Positions 36,964 to 46,960 of a stretch of 63,771 bases of DNA are shown piece by piece. Positions within the stretch are counted from its first letter, which is position 1; every line of letters starts with the position of its first letter. A program made the position numbers and the translations under genes. Under the pieces are notes generated by a model. The model had not been told where the DNA came from, made no database searches, and saw only the letters and a list, made by a program, of their open reading frames with translations. The DNA comes from a virus (lineage: Duplodnaviria; Caudoviricetes): the IMG/VR virus record IMGVR_UViG_3300020474_000009, positions 1 to 63,771 of that record; one strand, given 5' to 3'.

Positions 36964-37294
36964 CTCTATCTGCCTTAGCTATCTTGTTGCTATCAATTAA
37001 CTGCGGCACTCCTAAAATAGTTTTAATTAACGTGTCTTGCCTAATAATTTCATTGTCTAGGCTACGTATTCTATCTATTAATGCTACTAGTATACCATGC
37101 TGAGAGTCAAGTTTCCCGCCTAGGCGTTCTTCTATAGCTGCGATCTGTTCCGCTACTTTCTCATCTACTACGTCTAATTTAGTTTCCATGCCATCGACAA
37201 TACGCATTATCAACTTATAGATAAACCATCCTAAACCTAATGCTGCTGCTATAGGAAACCCAACTTCTTGTATAAGGGTTACTGCTGAGTCCAT
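36944..37294 (-). CDS. Membrane-anchored coiled-coil protein (holin-like N-terminus)
   Basis: IQEVGFPIAAALGLGWFI TM followed by heptad pattern. Confidence 0.55.
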   Translation of the reverse strand: MDSAVTLIQEVGFPIAAALGLGWFIYKLIMRIVDGMETKLDVVDEKVAEQIAAIEERLGGKLDSQHGILVALIDRIRSLDNEIIRQDTLIKTILGVPQLIDSNKIAKADRDDQRKD

Positions 37295-37764
37295 TAGTCT
37301 TGTTTATTGGAGGCCCCGAAATAAAAGGATATGACTGCGGACGCTAAACCACCTAAGTAGCCTAACACGAGATTAATCAGGGCCTCACTATTCTGCTCTG
37401 GTGGTTGTAGCGTTACGAGGAAGATATAACCAAGAAAACCACCAACCATGGCTATACCTATGATTCTTGCTGTCCAATCTTTAGAAAAATGTTTACGTGC
37501 ATCTTTCTTTTCTTCAGCTTCTATTTTGTATATGTCTACATCCAGCTCTTTCATTTGCTTTTCAAAAGCTATCTCTGCCTTTTTTATCTCCATGAGCTGT
37601 TCTGGCGAAGCAGTTGCAATTGCTTTTTCTAATGATGCTGGATTGTTTTCTACACCTAAGACTTTTGATATAACATCACCAGCCATGCCACCTAATGGAC
37701 CACCTAGTGCTGCACCTAATGTTGGAGCTACGCTCCCTACGATATTACCTAATAACTTCTTCAT
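37294..37764 (-). CDS. Membrane protein, possible holin
   Basis: VAPTLGAALGGPLGG N-terminus, two C-terminal TMs ending FYFGAS. Confidence 0.6.
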   Translation of the reverse strand: MKKLLGNIVGSVAPTLGAALGGPLGGMAGDVISKVLGVENNPASLEKAIATASPEQLMEIKKAEIAFEKQMKELDVDIYKIEAEEKKDARKHFSKDWTARIIGIAMVGGFLGYIFLVTLQPPEQNSEALINLVLGYLGGLASAVISFYFGASNKQD

Positions 37765-38167
37765 ATTTTCCAAGCTTTAACAGCTCCTCCTTGTTTGCTA
37801 AATGTTGTGCTTTGATGTCATCTTTGCTTTGCCCTGTATAAGCAACAGCTAGATAATTATCTATAAGCGCTTGGTTTAGATCCACGCCATCTGCAACGAT
37901 GACGCCTAGAACTCTACCGAACTTCCCTTTCTTGTCTAGTTTTGTTTGTATTACTAATTTGTCAGCATGTAATATATGCTCTGATAAAAACTTAGAAGCT
38001 AGTTTACCTCTAGCTTTTTCATCTAAATCTCTTGTTCGTGACTCTGGCGTGTCGATCCCGTATAGTCTGACACGAGACTTATATATAATATCGAAGCCTA
38101 GGTCTATTTCACAATCGACCGTGTCACCGTCGACTATTCTAGTTACACCACACTTATACTCGTACAT
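37745..38167 (-). CDS. Thermonuclease (SNase-like)
   Basis: IVDGDTVD, RVRLYGIDTPE, GKFGRVLG. Confidence 0.88.
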   Translation of the reverse strand: MYEYKCGVTRIVDGDTVDCEIDLGFDIIYKSRVRLYGIDTPESRTRDLDEKARGKLASKFLSEHILHADKLVIQTKLDKKGKFGRVLGVIVADGVDLNQALIDNYLAVAYTGQSKDDIKAQHLANKEELLKLGKYEEVIR

Positions 38168-38361
38168 TATTTTCCTACAGCTTTTTGTGCTTTTTTATGT
38201 GCAGCAGTAAAAGTACTACCCTTCATCATAAGGTTCTTCATGTACTTCATATGCTTTGCGGTGTGGTGTTTAGAATGCCTACTCATACTAGCCTCTTGTC
38301 TTTTAGTAAGAGACTTCTTACGTGTTGGCTTCTTTCTTGTTGTTTTTCTTTTGTACGCCAT
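38167..38361 (-). CDS. Small basic protein
   Basis: K/R/H-rich; HSKHHTAKHM..FTAAHKKAQK. Confidence 0.65.
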   Translation of the reverse strand: MAYKRKTTRKKPTRKKSLTKRQEASMSRHSKHHTAKHMKYMKNLMMKGSTFTAAHKKAQKAVGK

Positions 38362-38372
38362 AGCTTATATTA

Positions 38373-38708
38373 TCACGTTCCATCCATTTCTGCATAGCCG
38401 TAGATTTGCCATGTAAAATAGCCATCTAAATCTGCAGTTGCTACACCAGCGTTATGCCACCCAATAAAATCGTCTTCTGTTATATCAGCTACTTGTATAA
38501 AATCTTCTGGTAAATCTTGGCTTTGTAAATGACAATGATCTATAGCTCTAGTTGATTGTAAAGTCATAGTCTTAGAATCATCTGCTTTATCTACTGCAGT
38601 AATGTTAATAGTAACCTGAGCTACAATAGGAGTTTTATCAGATGCGCTTTTATATGTAGTTTCACAACCTAGAAATTCATATGTGTAATCAAAATTATGT
38701 AAAGCCAT
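38373..38708 (-). CDS. Hypothetical protein (possibly tail-fibre associated)
   Basis: 111 aa, coupled to the upstream gene. Confidence 0.55.
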   Translation of the reverse strand: MALHNFDYTYEFLGCETTYKSASDKTPIVAQVTINITAVDKADDSKTMTLQSTRAIDHCHLQSQDLPEDFIQVADITEDDFIGWHNAGVATADLDGYFTWQIYGYAEMDGT

Positions 38709-39070
38709 TATATTCCTTTTTCCCTTCCTTTAACTTTATTTAAATACATCTTATCTACTATTGTAAGTGTTTCAATCAAGTTCTTGTTTTCTGGTGTGAT
38801 AAAGTAGTCAGTGTGTGGACAACGGTTACTAACACTAAAACCTGTTTCTTCTGCAACCATAGGCCAGAGTTTACACATTGTTGGACGATCTTCTTTTAAG
38901 GTGCAACCGTCTTCAGCTAAAAACTTACATTTATACATATCGTCTCGTTTTGTGTATGTAATACTACTAAAACCAAATCGTTTTGTTTCTTCTTCTGTTA
39001 AAAATACAGCAGGTCTTTTTGGTTTTATCTTACTACGGCAGCACATTTGACAACTAGCACAAGGGCTCAT
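38708..39070 (-). CDS. YkgJ-family CxxCxxCC cysteine-cluster protein
   Basis: CASCQMCC...CKFL...GC...RPTMCKLWP...CP. Confidence 0.8.
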   Translation of the reverse strand: MSPCASCQMCCRSKIKPKRPAVFLTEEETKRFGFSSITYTKRDDMYKCKFLAEDGCTLKEDRPTMCKLWPMVAEETGFSVSNRCPHTDYFITPENKNLIETLTIVDKMYLNKVKGREKGI

Positions 39071-42000
39071 TACATACCTCCAAACTGACCTGCGTTAGTC
39101 ACACTATAAGTTTCCGTTACACCTTGTATAGTAAGAGTAGCTTGCCTAATTGCGCCGTTCTGATTTGCTCCACTTGTTACTTTTAACTGTATGGTGTCCC
39201 CAACAGAAACAGTAGCAGGAGTTTGTTGATATGATCCCCCATTTATACTCATTGCTCTTGTGTTGTGTCCAGTCAAAGTTGCTGTGCCGCTATCAAAACC
39301 AGTACCAGCTAATGTAATAGTATTAGAATACATAACTGTATTGAACGACATATTGCCTGTTATATCGTTAAATGTAAATTGTTCAGGTTGATTAAGAGCT
39401 AATCTCTGGAATGAATACTCTACACTAGTTAAATACCTAGTTCCCCCATCACCCTGAGCGTGTATATACAAACGTGTAGGTATGGTGTTTGCACTTATCT
39501 TTTTAAACGTAACAGATATCTGAGCTACAGCGGTCATAGTTTGGAATCTTGCTATACCAGCCCAGAACTCAGCCCTGTTAGAATGATATTGTATTCCTCC
39601 TGTATCAGCCATCGGCAAAGTACCAGAGTTAGGATCATTACTGTAAGCATCAGCGGCACCAGAAAGTTGCACACCCGAACCACCACTAGAATAAGTACCA
39701 TCTCCTATAGCAATACTTAAAGTTTTAACTTGACCGTTGCCACCAAATACTCTGACGTAGCCCATATATACACCACGTTCTGTTCCTATTTCTCCTACCT
39801 GAGCAAGCCTCATGTCGTTGTTAGCAAACCCACCAATAGTAGTACCTAATACTTTTTTGTTTATAGTTGGTAAGATTAAGTCTTCAACATCAATACGATC
39901 TGCAGAAATTTGACCAGTTGTAATACGTGAACCATCGATCACGGTTGATCCACTTGAACCTAGGTCACTTGCTTGTATAAAGGAAGCATTGATAGCACTG
40001 GCGGCTATGGTATTTGTTTGGATATTACCGCCATGTATAGTCGTTGAACCGTTAGTAGATAAATCAGTAGACTGTATAACACCACCAGATATACGTGCAG
40101 CATCCATAACGCCCGATGTTATACGTGCAGCACTCATAGATCCTGTGGTAATCACGTCCGCACTCAAAGAACCTATCTTTGCTGCTGCAATAGAACCATC
40201 TTTGATCCTGGCTGTGTCTATATAAACAACACCACTATCTACAATAAACGGAGCGGAGCTACTAGAACCATTCCATATAGCAAACTTATCTGCTTGGAAC
40301 TGAACCGAAGAAGCGGTACCACCATCTGAGGCATTTGCTTCGATAACCATACCTGCTACAGAACCGTTAGCGGCTACTTGTAAAACATAAGATGCCTGAG
40401 CATTACCTTCTAAATCTGCTGTTGCATTAGCTAGTTCAGCAACACCTGCATAGGCACCAATAATATTATTAACAGTAGCTGTGTAGCTACTAAAAGCAGT
40501 AGTAGAAGTAGCTGCATCACCAGTAATCTCTATGGTCAAGCTAGTAGTGTTTGGCACAGATTGTATTTTGTGTGTCTTGTTTAGTTGAGTAGTTGTTATA
40601 CCACCAACTGCTGTAGCTCCTACTAGTGTAATGTAAGCTCCTGCGGTTACGTCAGCAGAACTTATACCATGGGCAGAAGTTGTTGTTGAACCAGCAGAGT
40701 TAGTTACAGTTTGTATAGTTACAGTTTTACTAGTATTAGTGGTCTTGATACGTACACCAAACTCTAGTCCTACTGTTGCTTGTAAAGCAGTTATAGAATT
40801 AATGTTAGCAGTGATGTTATTTGCATTAGTAGAAACGTTTACGTTAGTAGAATTAAAAGCACTAGCAATAGCACCACTACCAGTATAACCACTTATGGCA
40901 GCTTGTAGATTTGTTATAGCACCAGCATTAGTAGTAATGTTACCCGCGTTGGTACTAGTGTCCGTTTGCAACTGGGTTATAGCACTAGCATTAGATGCAG
41001 TTCTAGCGTCTGTAACTTCTACCCAAGAGCTACCATTCCAACGATACACTCTATTGTTAGCATCAGTGTCGTACCAGATATCACCAACGTTAGCACCAGT
41101 AGGTTGTGAGTTTTGAGCATAAATTGCAATACCAGAAGTATCATTAACAGCTACCCAGGCGCTACCACTCCAACGATACAACTTATTGTTATCGTCTGAA
41201 TCTATCCAAAGGTCCCCTGCATTACTAGCAGTAGGAGCAGAAGTCTGTATAAAAGTCCTATTACGCAGGTCGATATTTGTTTGTAGCCCCTGGATAGCAG
41301 TAGCGTTTGTACTTATATTCCCTGCGTTTGTACTAGTGTTTGTTTGCAACTGAGTTATAGCAGAAGCATTAGCAGCTAATCTAAGATCATCTACAGCTAC
41401 CCAAGCGCTTCCGTTATAACGATATTGCTTATTATTATCATCTGTATCAAACCAAAGGTCGCCTGCATTACTTCCACTAGGTTGCGAGTTTTGAGCGTAA
41501 ACTGCTATGCCCGAAGTGTCATTAACAGCTACCCAAGCACTGCCACTCCAACGATAGAGTTTGTTGTTATCATCTGAATCTATCCAAATATCACCTGTAT
41601 TAGTAGCGGTAGGCGCAGAAGTGCTAATAAAAGTTCTGTTCCTTAAATCTATATCAGTTTCTAATTGAGTAACTTGCCCTGAAATAGTGGATATGTCTCC
41701 AGCGTTGGTAGTAGTAGCAGTTTGTAATGAAGATATTGCAGAAGCATTAGCAGCTAGTCTAGCGTCATCTACAGCTACCCAAGCTGTCCCGTTATATCTA
41801 TACTGTTTATTATTGTCGTCCGTATCAAACCATAAATCGCCAACGTTGCTGCCTGTAGGTTCTGAAGTTTGTGCGTAAACAGCAATGCCTGAAGTGTCGT
41901 TGACCGCAACCCAGGAGCTACCATTCCAGCGGTAAAGTTTGTTATTGTCATCTGAATCTATCCAGAGGTCACCTGCATTGTCTGCAGTTGGTGCAGAAGT

Positions 42001-44076
42001 CTGTACAAAAGTTCTGTTACGTACATCTATAGTAGTTTCTAGTGCTGTAACTTTCCCTGAAATACTACTAATGTCTCCGTCATTATTAGTTATCTGTGTT
42101 TGTAGTCCACTTATTGCTGAGGCTACTGTGCTAGATCCTGAGTAGCCAGTAAGAGTACTTTGCAATGCGGTTATTGCACTAGCGTTGGTGCTTATACTTT
42201 GGCCTTGTGTAGATGTTGTAGTTTGTAATTGTCCTATAGCAGTAGAATTAGCTGCTAATCTGGAATCGTCTACGGCTACCCAAGCACTGCCATTGTACCT
42301 GTATTGTTTATTATTATCGTCAGTGTCAAACCAAAGGTCGCCTTCGTTACTACCAGTAGGCTCACTGTTTTGTGCGTATACTGCAATACCAGAAGTATCA
42401 TTGACTGCTACCCACGAACTACCGTTCCAACGATAGAGCTTATTATTGTCATCTGAATCTATCCATAAATCACCCGTGTTGTCTGCAGTTGGTGCAGAGG
42501 TACTTATAAAGGTTCTGTTTCTTAGATTTATGCTAGTTTGTAATGCTGAAACATCACCAGAAATACTAGTGATATCTCCATCATTATTAGTTATCTGTGT
42601 CTGTAGTCCAGAGATAGCAGAAGCTACGGTACTAGACCCAGAGTAGCCAGTAAGAGTGCTTTGTAGATTTGTTATGGCGGTAGCGTTTGTAGTTATACTT
42701 TGACCTTGCGTAGATGTTGTAGATTGCAACTGAGTTATAGCAGTAGAGTTAGCAGCCAGCCTAGAATCGTCTACTGCTACCCATGCAGTTCCGTTATACC
42801 TGTATTGTTTGTTATTGTCATCTGTATCAAACCAAAGGTCACCTACATTACTACCAGTTGGCTGACTATTTTGTGCGTAAACAGCTATTCCAGATGTATC
42901 ATTAACTGCTACCCACGAACTGCCATTCCAACGGTATAACTTGTTGTTGTCATCTGAGTCTATCCAGAGATCGCCTGTGTTAGTTGCAGTAGGAGCTGAA
43001 GCACTAATAAAAGTTCTATTACGAAGATCAATATTAGTTTCTAATTGATTTATAGCAGTTGCATTAGAGCTAGTGTCAGTTGTCAAAGTTGCGATGCTAC
43101 CCTGAGCTGAGGCCATTGCAGTAGTTAAATCGGACCCGCTAAAGCTAGCAGATCCTATCGTTGACACGAGAGTAGCATCTCTTGCTTTCTCCCAACCGTT
43201 GTTAGATGAGTTACGTGCATACACCTGGTTGTTGTCATCTGTATCTACCCATATGTCATGGGCCTGTAAAGCAGTGCCGTCAGCTCTTTGTGTAGGAGCA
43301 GAAGTAGATTTTATAACTCTAGTAGCATTAGTAGTAATAGCGTTAGCAGTTGTTTGAGCAGCATTAGCAGCAGACTGAGCAGAATTAGCAGCAGACTGAG
43401 CGGATGCAGCTGCGGTATCTAATGTACCTAAAGCACTAGCTAAAGATGAACTTACACCATCTACATTTACAGTTATATCATTTTGCAAAGTACTAAAGCC
43501 AGGTAGGTTAGCTAGTTCCTCACTAAGCTGTTGCATGACTGCGCCTACATCAACTGCTGTAGTAGCTGACGTGCCTTCGGTATCGTTCCAGGGGCCAGCT
43601 ACATCCGACGCACTTACATACCTAACCCAATAATAATATTTTCGGTTATATCCGACCTCGTCCGTGTACACAAAAGCATTAGTAGTTGCTATACGTACGG
43701 CACCGCCAAGAGCATTGTCTTGTGATCTCCATATCTCTGAGTAAGCATGATTGCCATAACTAGCCTTAGTCCAAGATAAAGTTATAGAAGTAAATGCAGC
43801 AGAAGCTTCTAATGTACTAGGAGCAGGCGGCGGGGTTGTAGAACCACCTGTGCCTGGGGGTTGTGATATACCACCAGATACACCTACCTTTTTATTTTTT
43901 ACCTTTACAATACCAGAGTCTTCTAACTCTCTGAGAGTAACAGCTCTATCTAGTGGGTCACCACGTTGGCCTAGTCTTACTTCTAAGGCTTCTTTAATTG
44001 CATCTAAAGCAAGCTTTAGCTCTCTATCAGTTTTAGGTGGTATGTTCTTAAGAGCAGGTAGTTTAGTTTTAGCCAT
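39070..44076 (-). CDS. Long tail fibre/host-specificity protein
   Basis: 1668 aa; FN3-like N-terminus (YYYWVRYVS), five tandem repeat modules, DUF1983-like QFQADKFAI..PFIVDSGVVYID..IKDGSI..AKIG. Confidence 0.8.
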   Translation of the reverse strand: MAKTKLPALKNIPPKTDRELKLALDAIKEALEVRLGQRGDPLDRAVTLRELEDSGIVKVKNKKVGVSGGISQPPGTGGSTTPPPAPSTLEASAAFTSITLSWTKASYGNHAYSEIWRSQDNALGGAVRIATTNAFVYTDEVGYNRKYYYWVRYVSASDVAGPWNDTEGTSATTAVDVGAVMQQLSEELANLPGFSTLQNDITVNVDGVSSSLASALGTLDTAAASAQSAANSAQSAANAAQTTANAITTNATRVIKSTSAPTQRADGTALQAHDIWVDTDDNNQVYARNSSNNGWEKARDATLVSTIGSASFSGSDLTTAMASAQGSIATLTTDTSSNATAINQLETNIDLRNRTFISASAPTATNTGDLWIDSDDNNKLYRWNGSSWVAVNDTSGIAVYAQNSQPTGSNVGDLWFDTDDNNKQYRYNGTAWVAVDDSRLAANSTAITQLQSTTSTQGQSITTNATAITNLQSTLTGYSGSSTVASAISGLQTQITNNDGDITSISGDVSALQTSINLRNRTFISTSAPTADNTGDLWIDSDDNNKLYRWNGSSWVAVNDTSGIAVYAQNSEPTGSNEGDLWFDTDDNNKQYRYNGSAWVAVDDSRLAANSTAIGQLQTTTSTQGQSISTNASAITALQSTLTGYSGSSTVASAISGLQTQITNNDGDISSISGKVTALETTIDVRNRTFVQTSAPTADNAGDLWIDSDDNNKLYRWNGSSWVAVNDTSGIAVYAQTSEPTGSNVGDLWFDTDDNNKQYRYNGTAWVAVDDARLAANASAISSLQTATTTNAGDISTISGQVTQLETDIDLRNRTFISTSAPTATNTGDIWIDSDDNNKLYRWSGSAWVAVNDTSGIAVYAQNSQPSGSNAGDLWFDTDDNNKQYRYNGSAWVAVDDLRLAANASAITQLQTNTSTNAGNISTNATAIQGLQTNIDLRNRTFIQTSAPTASNAGDLWIDSDDNNKLYRWSGSAWVAVNDTSGIAIYAQNSQPTGANVGDIWYDTDANNRVYRWNGSSWVEVTDARTASNASAITQLQTDTSTNAGNITTNAGAITNLQAAISGYTGSGAIASAFNSTNVNVSTNANNITANINSITALQATVGLEFGVRIKTTNTSKTVTIQTVTNSAGSTTTSAHGISSADVTAGAYITLVGATAVGGITTTQLNKTHKIQSVPNTTSLTIEITGDAATSTTAFSSYTATVNNIIGAYAGVAELANATADLEGNAQASYVLQVAANGSVAGMVIEANASDGGTASSVQFQADKFAIWNGSSSSAPFIVDSGVVYIDTARIKDGSIAAAKIGSLSADVITTGSMSAARITSGVMDAARISGGVIQSTDLSTNGSTTIHGGNIQTNTIAASAINASFIQASDLGSSGSTVIDGSRITTGQISADRIDVEDLILPTINKKVLGTTIGGFANNDMRLAQVGEIGTERGVYMGYVRVFGGNGQVKTLSIAIGDGTYSSGGSGVQLSGAADAYSNDPNSGTLPMADTGGIQYHSNRAEFWAGIARFQTMTAVAQISVTFKKISANTIPTRLYIHAQGDGGTRYLTSVEYSFQRLALNQPEQFTFNDITGNMSFNTVMYSNTITLAGTGFDSGTATLTGHNTRAMSINGGSYQQTPATVSVGDTIQLKVTSGANQNGAIRQATLTIQGVTETYSVTNAGQFGGM
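41005..43030 (-). repeat. Five intragenic repeat modules (RNRTF..APT..GDLWIDSDDNNKLYRW.GS.WVAVNDTSGIA.YAQ..P...GD.W.DTD)
   Basis: Directly visible in the translation, separated by coiled-coil linkers of two lengths. Confidence 0.9.
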
Positions 44077-46049
44077 TACACACCCTTAAGCTCTACAATA
44101 GACTCTCCTAGGCATACCTCATTTATAACTTTTGCAGACTCTACTTCAAAAGCAAAAGTTTTATGTACACTTGCTGGTAAACGCACTACTGGTTCAGGTA
44201 TAGCTGTGGCACTAAAACTAGGAGTAGTTCCCGTTACACTATAACCACTACCGCTCGTAGAAATAGTAGCATTATAGATAACACTATTATCTCCATATAC
44301 TTTTAGTGTTACTGGATAAGCTTCTGCATCTACCTTTGCAAAACCAAAACTTGTATGCCGTGCAACTGCAAACTCTTTACTCTTCCAATTGTACGTAAGG
44401 TTGTTAGTGCTGCCTTGGAACTTTTTAATTTTGTTACCTACTATTAAATATAGCTGGTTGTCATCTGGATCAGTAAAACCGCCACGTATCAAAGCATTTG
44501 CATCTAAATCTACTAGGGCATTTGTACCTTGTCGGGGGTCGAATATAAAACCACCAAAACCAGAGCCTGTATTGTAGAAACCTACATATCTGCCTTGCCA
44601 ATAAAAACCTGTAATAGTAGAAGGGTAATAATTAGCTTGCCATTGTTCTGGTGTTATTAAACCTTCTGTTAAGTTTTGTGCTGTTGCACCTGCTGCAACC
44701 ATAAGGCCGTTAGGGCCAGCATAATAAACAGACTCTCCCATATCTACCATAGACCTTTTACTTAGTCCGGCTTCTGCTGTTTCTATTTTTATAGCTACCA
44801 TAGCAGATGGATCTGTACCTGTTACTAGATAAGGTGGACCTTCTGTAGTAACAATTAGACCATTAGAAGTGGCTTTCATGCCAACAATTTTTTCTTCTAT
44901 ACCTATTCTGTAATTAGCAGGCCAAGCGTGCGGTTGATACGCTTCACTAAAACATATTCTATTGCCAGTAAACCCAGCAAAAGTACCGTTGCCCAAGGCT
45001 AATAAGCCTTTCATAGGTCCGTCTGGATATAAAGACGTATTATCATCTGGTGGTGCAATCCAATCACTAGAAGGTATAACTTCAGCTAGCTCGCTGTTTT
45101 TAGAAGTGTCCGTGTAAGATGTAGCTGACAAAGCAAGCTCTGCTACGAACTGAAACTCTGTTGTATTAGAACCTGTATTAGACCTGTATATTCTTTTCTT
45201 TGATAAGTTTGTATTAGTAATACTTGTAGATGTTTCTAAACTAGATAGGTTTACAGACATATTATCATCTGTAGTTATAACAGCAGAAGCTGGTGATGGT
45301 GGACCTTCTTCTCCATATGCAGATACAAAAGTATATACAAAGCTAGTATCGTAATCTAATTCTGCATCTGAATTTTCACCAAAGCTAGCACCATTTGATA
45401 TAGAGCTACTAGTAACACCAGAAGTAGCAGCTGCAGATAAAATAACTGTAACTGTAGTATCACTAGGAACTGTTCTTATCCTAAAGGTACCGTTTATATC
45501 AGAGGCGGCTATACCACCTATCGTACCTGTTACATTTGCAATTGTTATGTAGTCATCTACTGAAGCGCCATGAGCTGATGCAGTAGTAACAGTTATAGTA
45601 GAACTTTCATTAGTAGTTGTTATTGTTATATTGAGGGTGGTACCCCCACCTACTGCCACTGTGGGAGCTGCAGTTGGGGCAGGAATACCTAATCGATAAC
45701 CAGCATTTGGAAATACACTACCACCTATAACATCAGAACTTCTACCCATTTTAGGAAAAGATTGACCTGACCAGTATATCGTGTCGTTAGTATCTCCTGG
45801 TATAGGACTACGCACGACATCTACATCTTCATCAAACTGTAGCCAACGTTCTGGGTTATCGGTGTATTTAAATATAGATTGTCTGTTGGAATTAGAAAGA
45901 GTTAAAGTGTCAGAGTTATCTCTGATAGGCACTAAACGACCACTCTCAAGGTTTACATCCGTAGCTACTGTAGCTAGTTCATCCTTTAAGAGACGTGGTG
46001 AAGCTTTAGGAGCGAGCCCTCCAAAAGTATTAAGTTTAATATATGCCAT
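44076..46049 (-). CDS. Tail tubular/nozzle-like structural protein
   Basis: FGGLAP N-terminus, FSEAYQPHAWP, YNWKSKEF; beta-rich. Confidence 0.65.
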   Translation of the reverse strand: MAYIKLNTFGGLAPKASPRLLKDELATVATDVNLESGRLVPIRDNSDTLTLSNSNRQSIFKYTDNPERWLQFDEDVDVVRSPIPGDTNDTIYWSGQSFPKMGRSSDVIGGSVFPNAGYRLGIPAPTAAPTVAVGGGTTLNITITTTNESSTITVTTASAHGASVDDYITIANVTGTIGGIAASDINGTFRIRTVPSDTTVTVILSAAATSGVTSSSISNGASFGENSDAELDYDTSFVYTFVSAYGEEGPPSPASAVITTDDNMSVNLSSLETSTSITNTNLSKKRIYRSNTGSNTTEFQFVAELALSATSYTDTSKNSELAEVIPSSDWIAPPDDNTSLYPDGPMKGLLALGNGTFAGFTGNRICFSEAYQPHAWPANYRIGIEEKIVGMKATSNGLIVTTEGPPYLVTGTDPSAMVAIKIETAEAGLSKRSMVDMGESVYYAGPNGLMVAAGATAQNLTEGLITPEQWQANYYPSTITGFYWQGRYVGFYNTGSGFGGFIFDPRQGTNALVDLDANALIRGGFTDPDDNQLYLIVGNKIKKFQGSTNNLTYNWKSKEFAVARHTSFGFAKVDAEAYPVTLKVYGDNSVIYNATISTSGSGYSVTGTTPSFSATAIPEPVVRLPASVHKTFAFEVESAKVINEVCLGESIVELKGV

Positions 46050-46056
46050 TTGTTCA

Positions 46057-46509
46057 TTATACAGTATTCAGAACTGACTTCTGCAGTTCTCGACTCCTTC
46101 TTCCTACTTGATTAAACCATCTGCTGTCTTCCATTTCAGCAGCCATCCTTTTCCAATCATGCTCTCTGCATGCTGCTAGCATGTTGCGGAACTTAGAAAG
46201 CCTAGTCCCTCCTAGATTAAAACACATATTTACCAACACGTGTTGAATATTTTCGGGCAGGTTATAAAAATCTTCTTCCTTACCAAACACATGCAATGTT
46301 TCATCTAGATGTTTAATAAAATCATCCTCATAATACATGTCTACTACTTCTTGAGTAACTGGTGTGCCTACTTCCCAGTTATATTCAGGATCGTTAGGTT
46401 GGCAAAGATGGCCTACGCCAAGTGTTTTGTAGCCTAGACTATCTTTGTATATCTCTAAAACCTCACCTTCGTGTCTTTTAATCTCTTCTTTTAGTAATTC
46501 TATATTCAT
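46057..46509 (-). CDS. Endolysin, T4-lysozyme-like muramidase
   Basis: HEGEVLEIYKDSLGYKTLGVGH; NMCFNLG; DSRWFNQVGRR. Confidence 0.88.
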   Translation of the reverse strand: MNIELLKEEIKRHEGEVLEIYKDSLGYKTLGVGHLCQPNDPEYNWEVGTPVTQEVVDMYYEDDFIKHLDETLHVFGKEEDFYNLPENIQHVLVNMCFNLGGTRLSKFRNMLAACREHDWKRMAAEMEDSRWFNQVGRRSRELQKSVLNTV

Positions 46510-46754
46510 GGGGTTATTATCCTGTCGTCTACTGCTTTGATGTTATCTTCTTTCATAAAGACTTGCAGTTCTGTGACAACGGTTTTCTGTGCTGCTTCTA
46601 CCTTCTTAAGGTTAAAACTAGCATCCTGCCACTCGCTTTGTAGTCTAACTAACATGTTAAACTGCTCGGCTACGCGCTCAGTCATTTTAGATATATCGTA
46701 TTGTTTACCATCAAAGTTGATTACTTGTGGTACTTGCTTTTCGGCTTTTGCCAT
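46506..46754 (-). CDS. Hypothetical coiled-coil protein
   Basis: 82 aa, AGGAGGT RBS. Confidence 0.65.
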   Translation of the reverse strand: MAKAEKQVPQVINFDGKQYDISKMTERVAEQFNMLVRLQSEWQDASFNLKKVEAAQKTVVTELQVFMKEDNIKAVDDRIITP

Positions 46755-46763
46755 GATTACCTC

Positions 46764-46946
46764 CTATAATAGATTAGACCCAATGATAAGTAGATACACA
46801 CCTATAATCATTGTGGTGAACTTAGTGTCCATACGGTCAAACTTAGCGTCTCCTTTGTCTAAGCGTTTTTCAATAGCAGAATATCGAATGTTGCACTCTC
46901 TTTCGTGCGCTTCAATCTTTGCTAATGTTTCTTTAACCGTGGCCAT
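46764..46946 (-). CDS. Small coiled-coil + C-terminal TM protein (possible holin)
   Basis: HERECNIRY...RMD...IIGVYLLII; near the endolysin. Confidence 0.55.
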   Translation of the reverse strand: MATVKETLAKIEAHERECNIRYSAIEKRLDKGDAKFDRMDTKFTTMIIGVYLLIIGSNLL

Positions 46947-46960
46947 AGATAGATTATATG

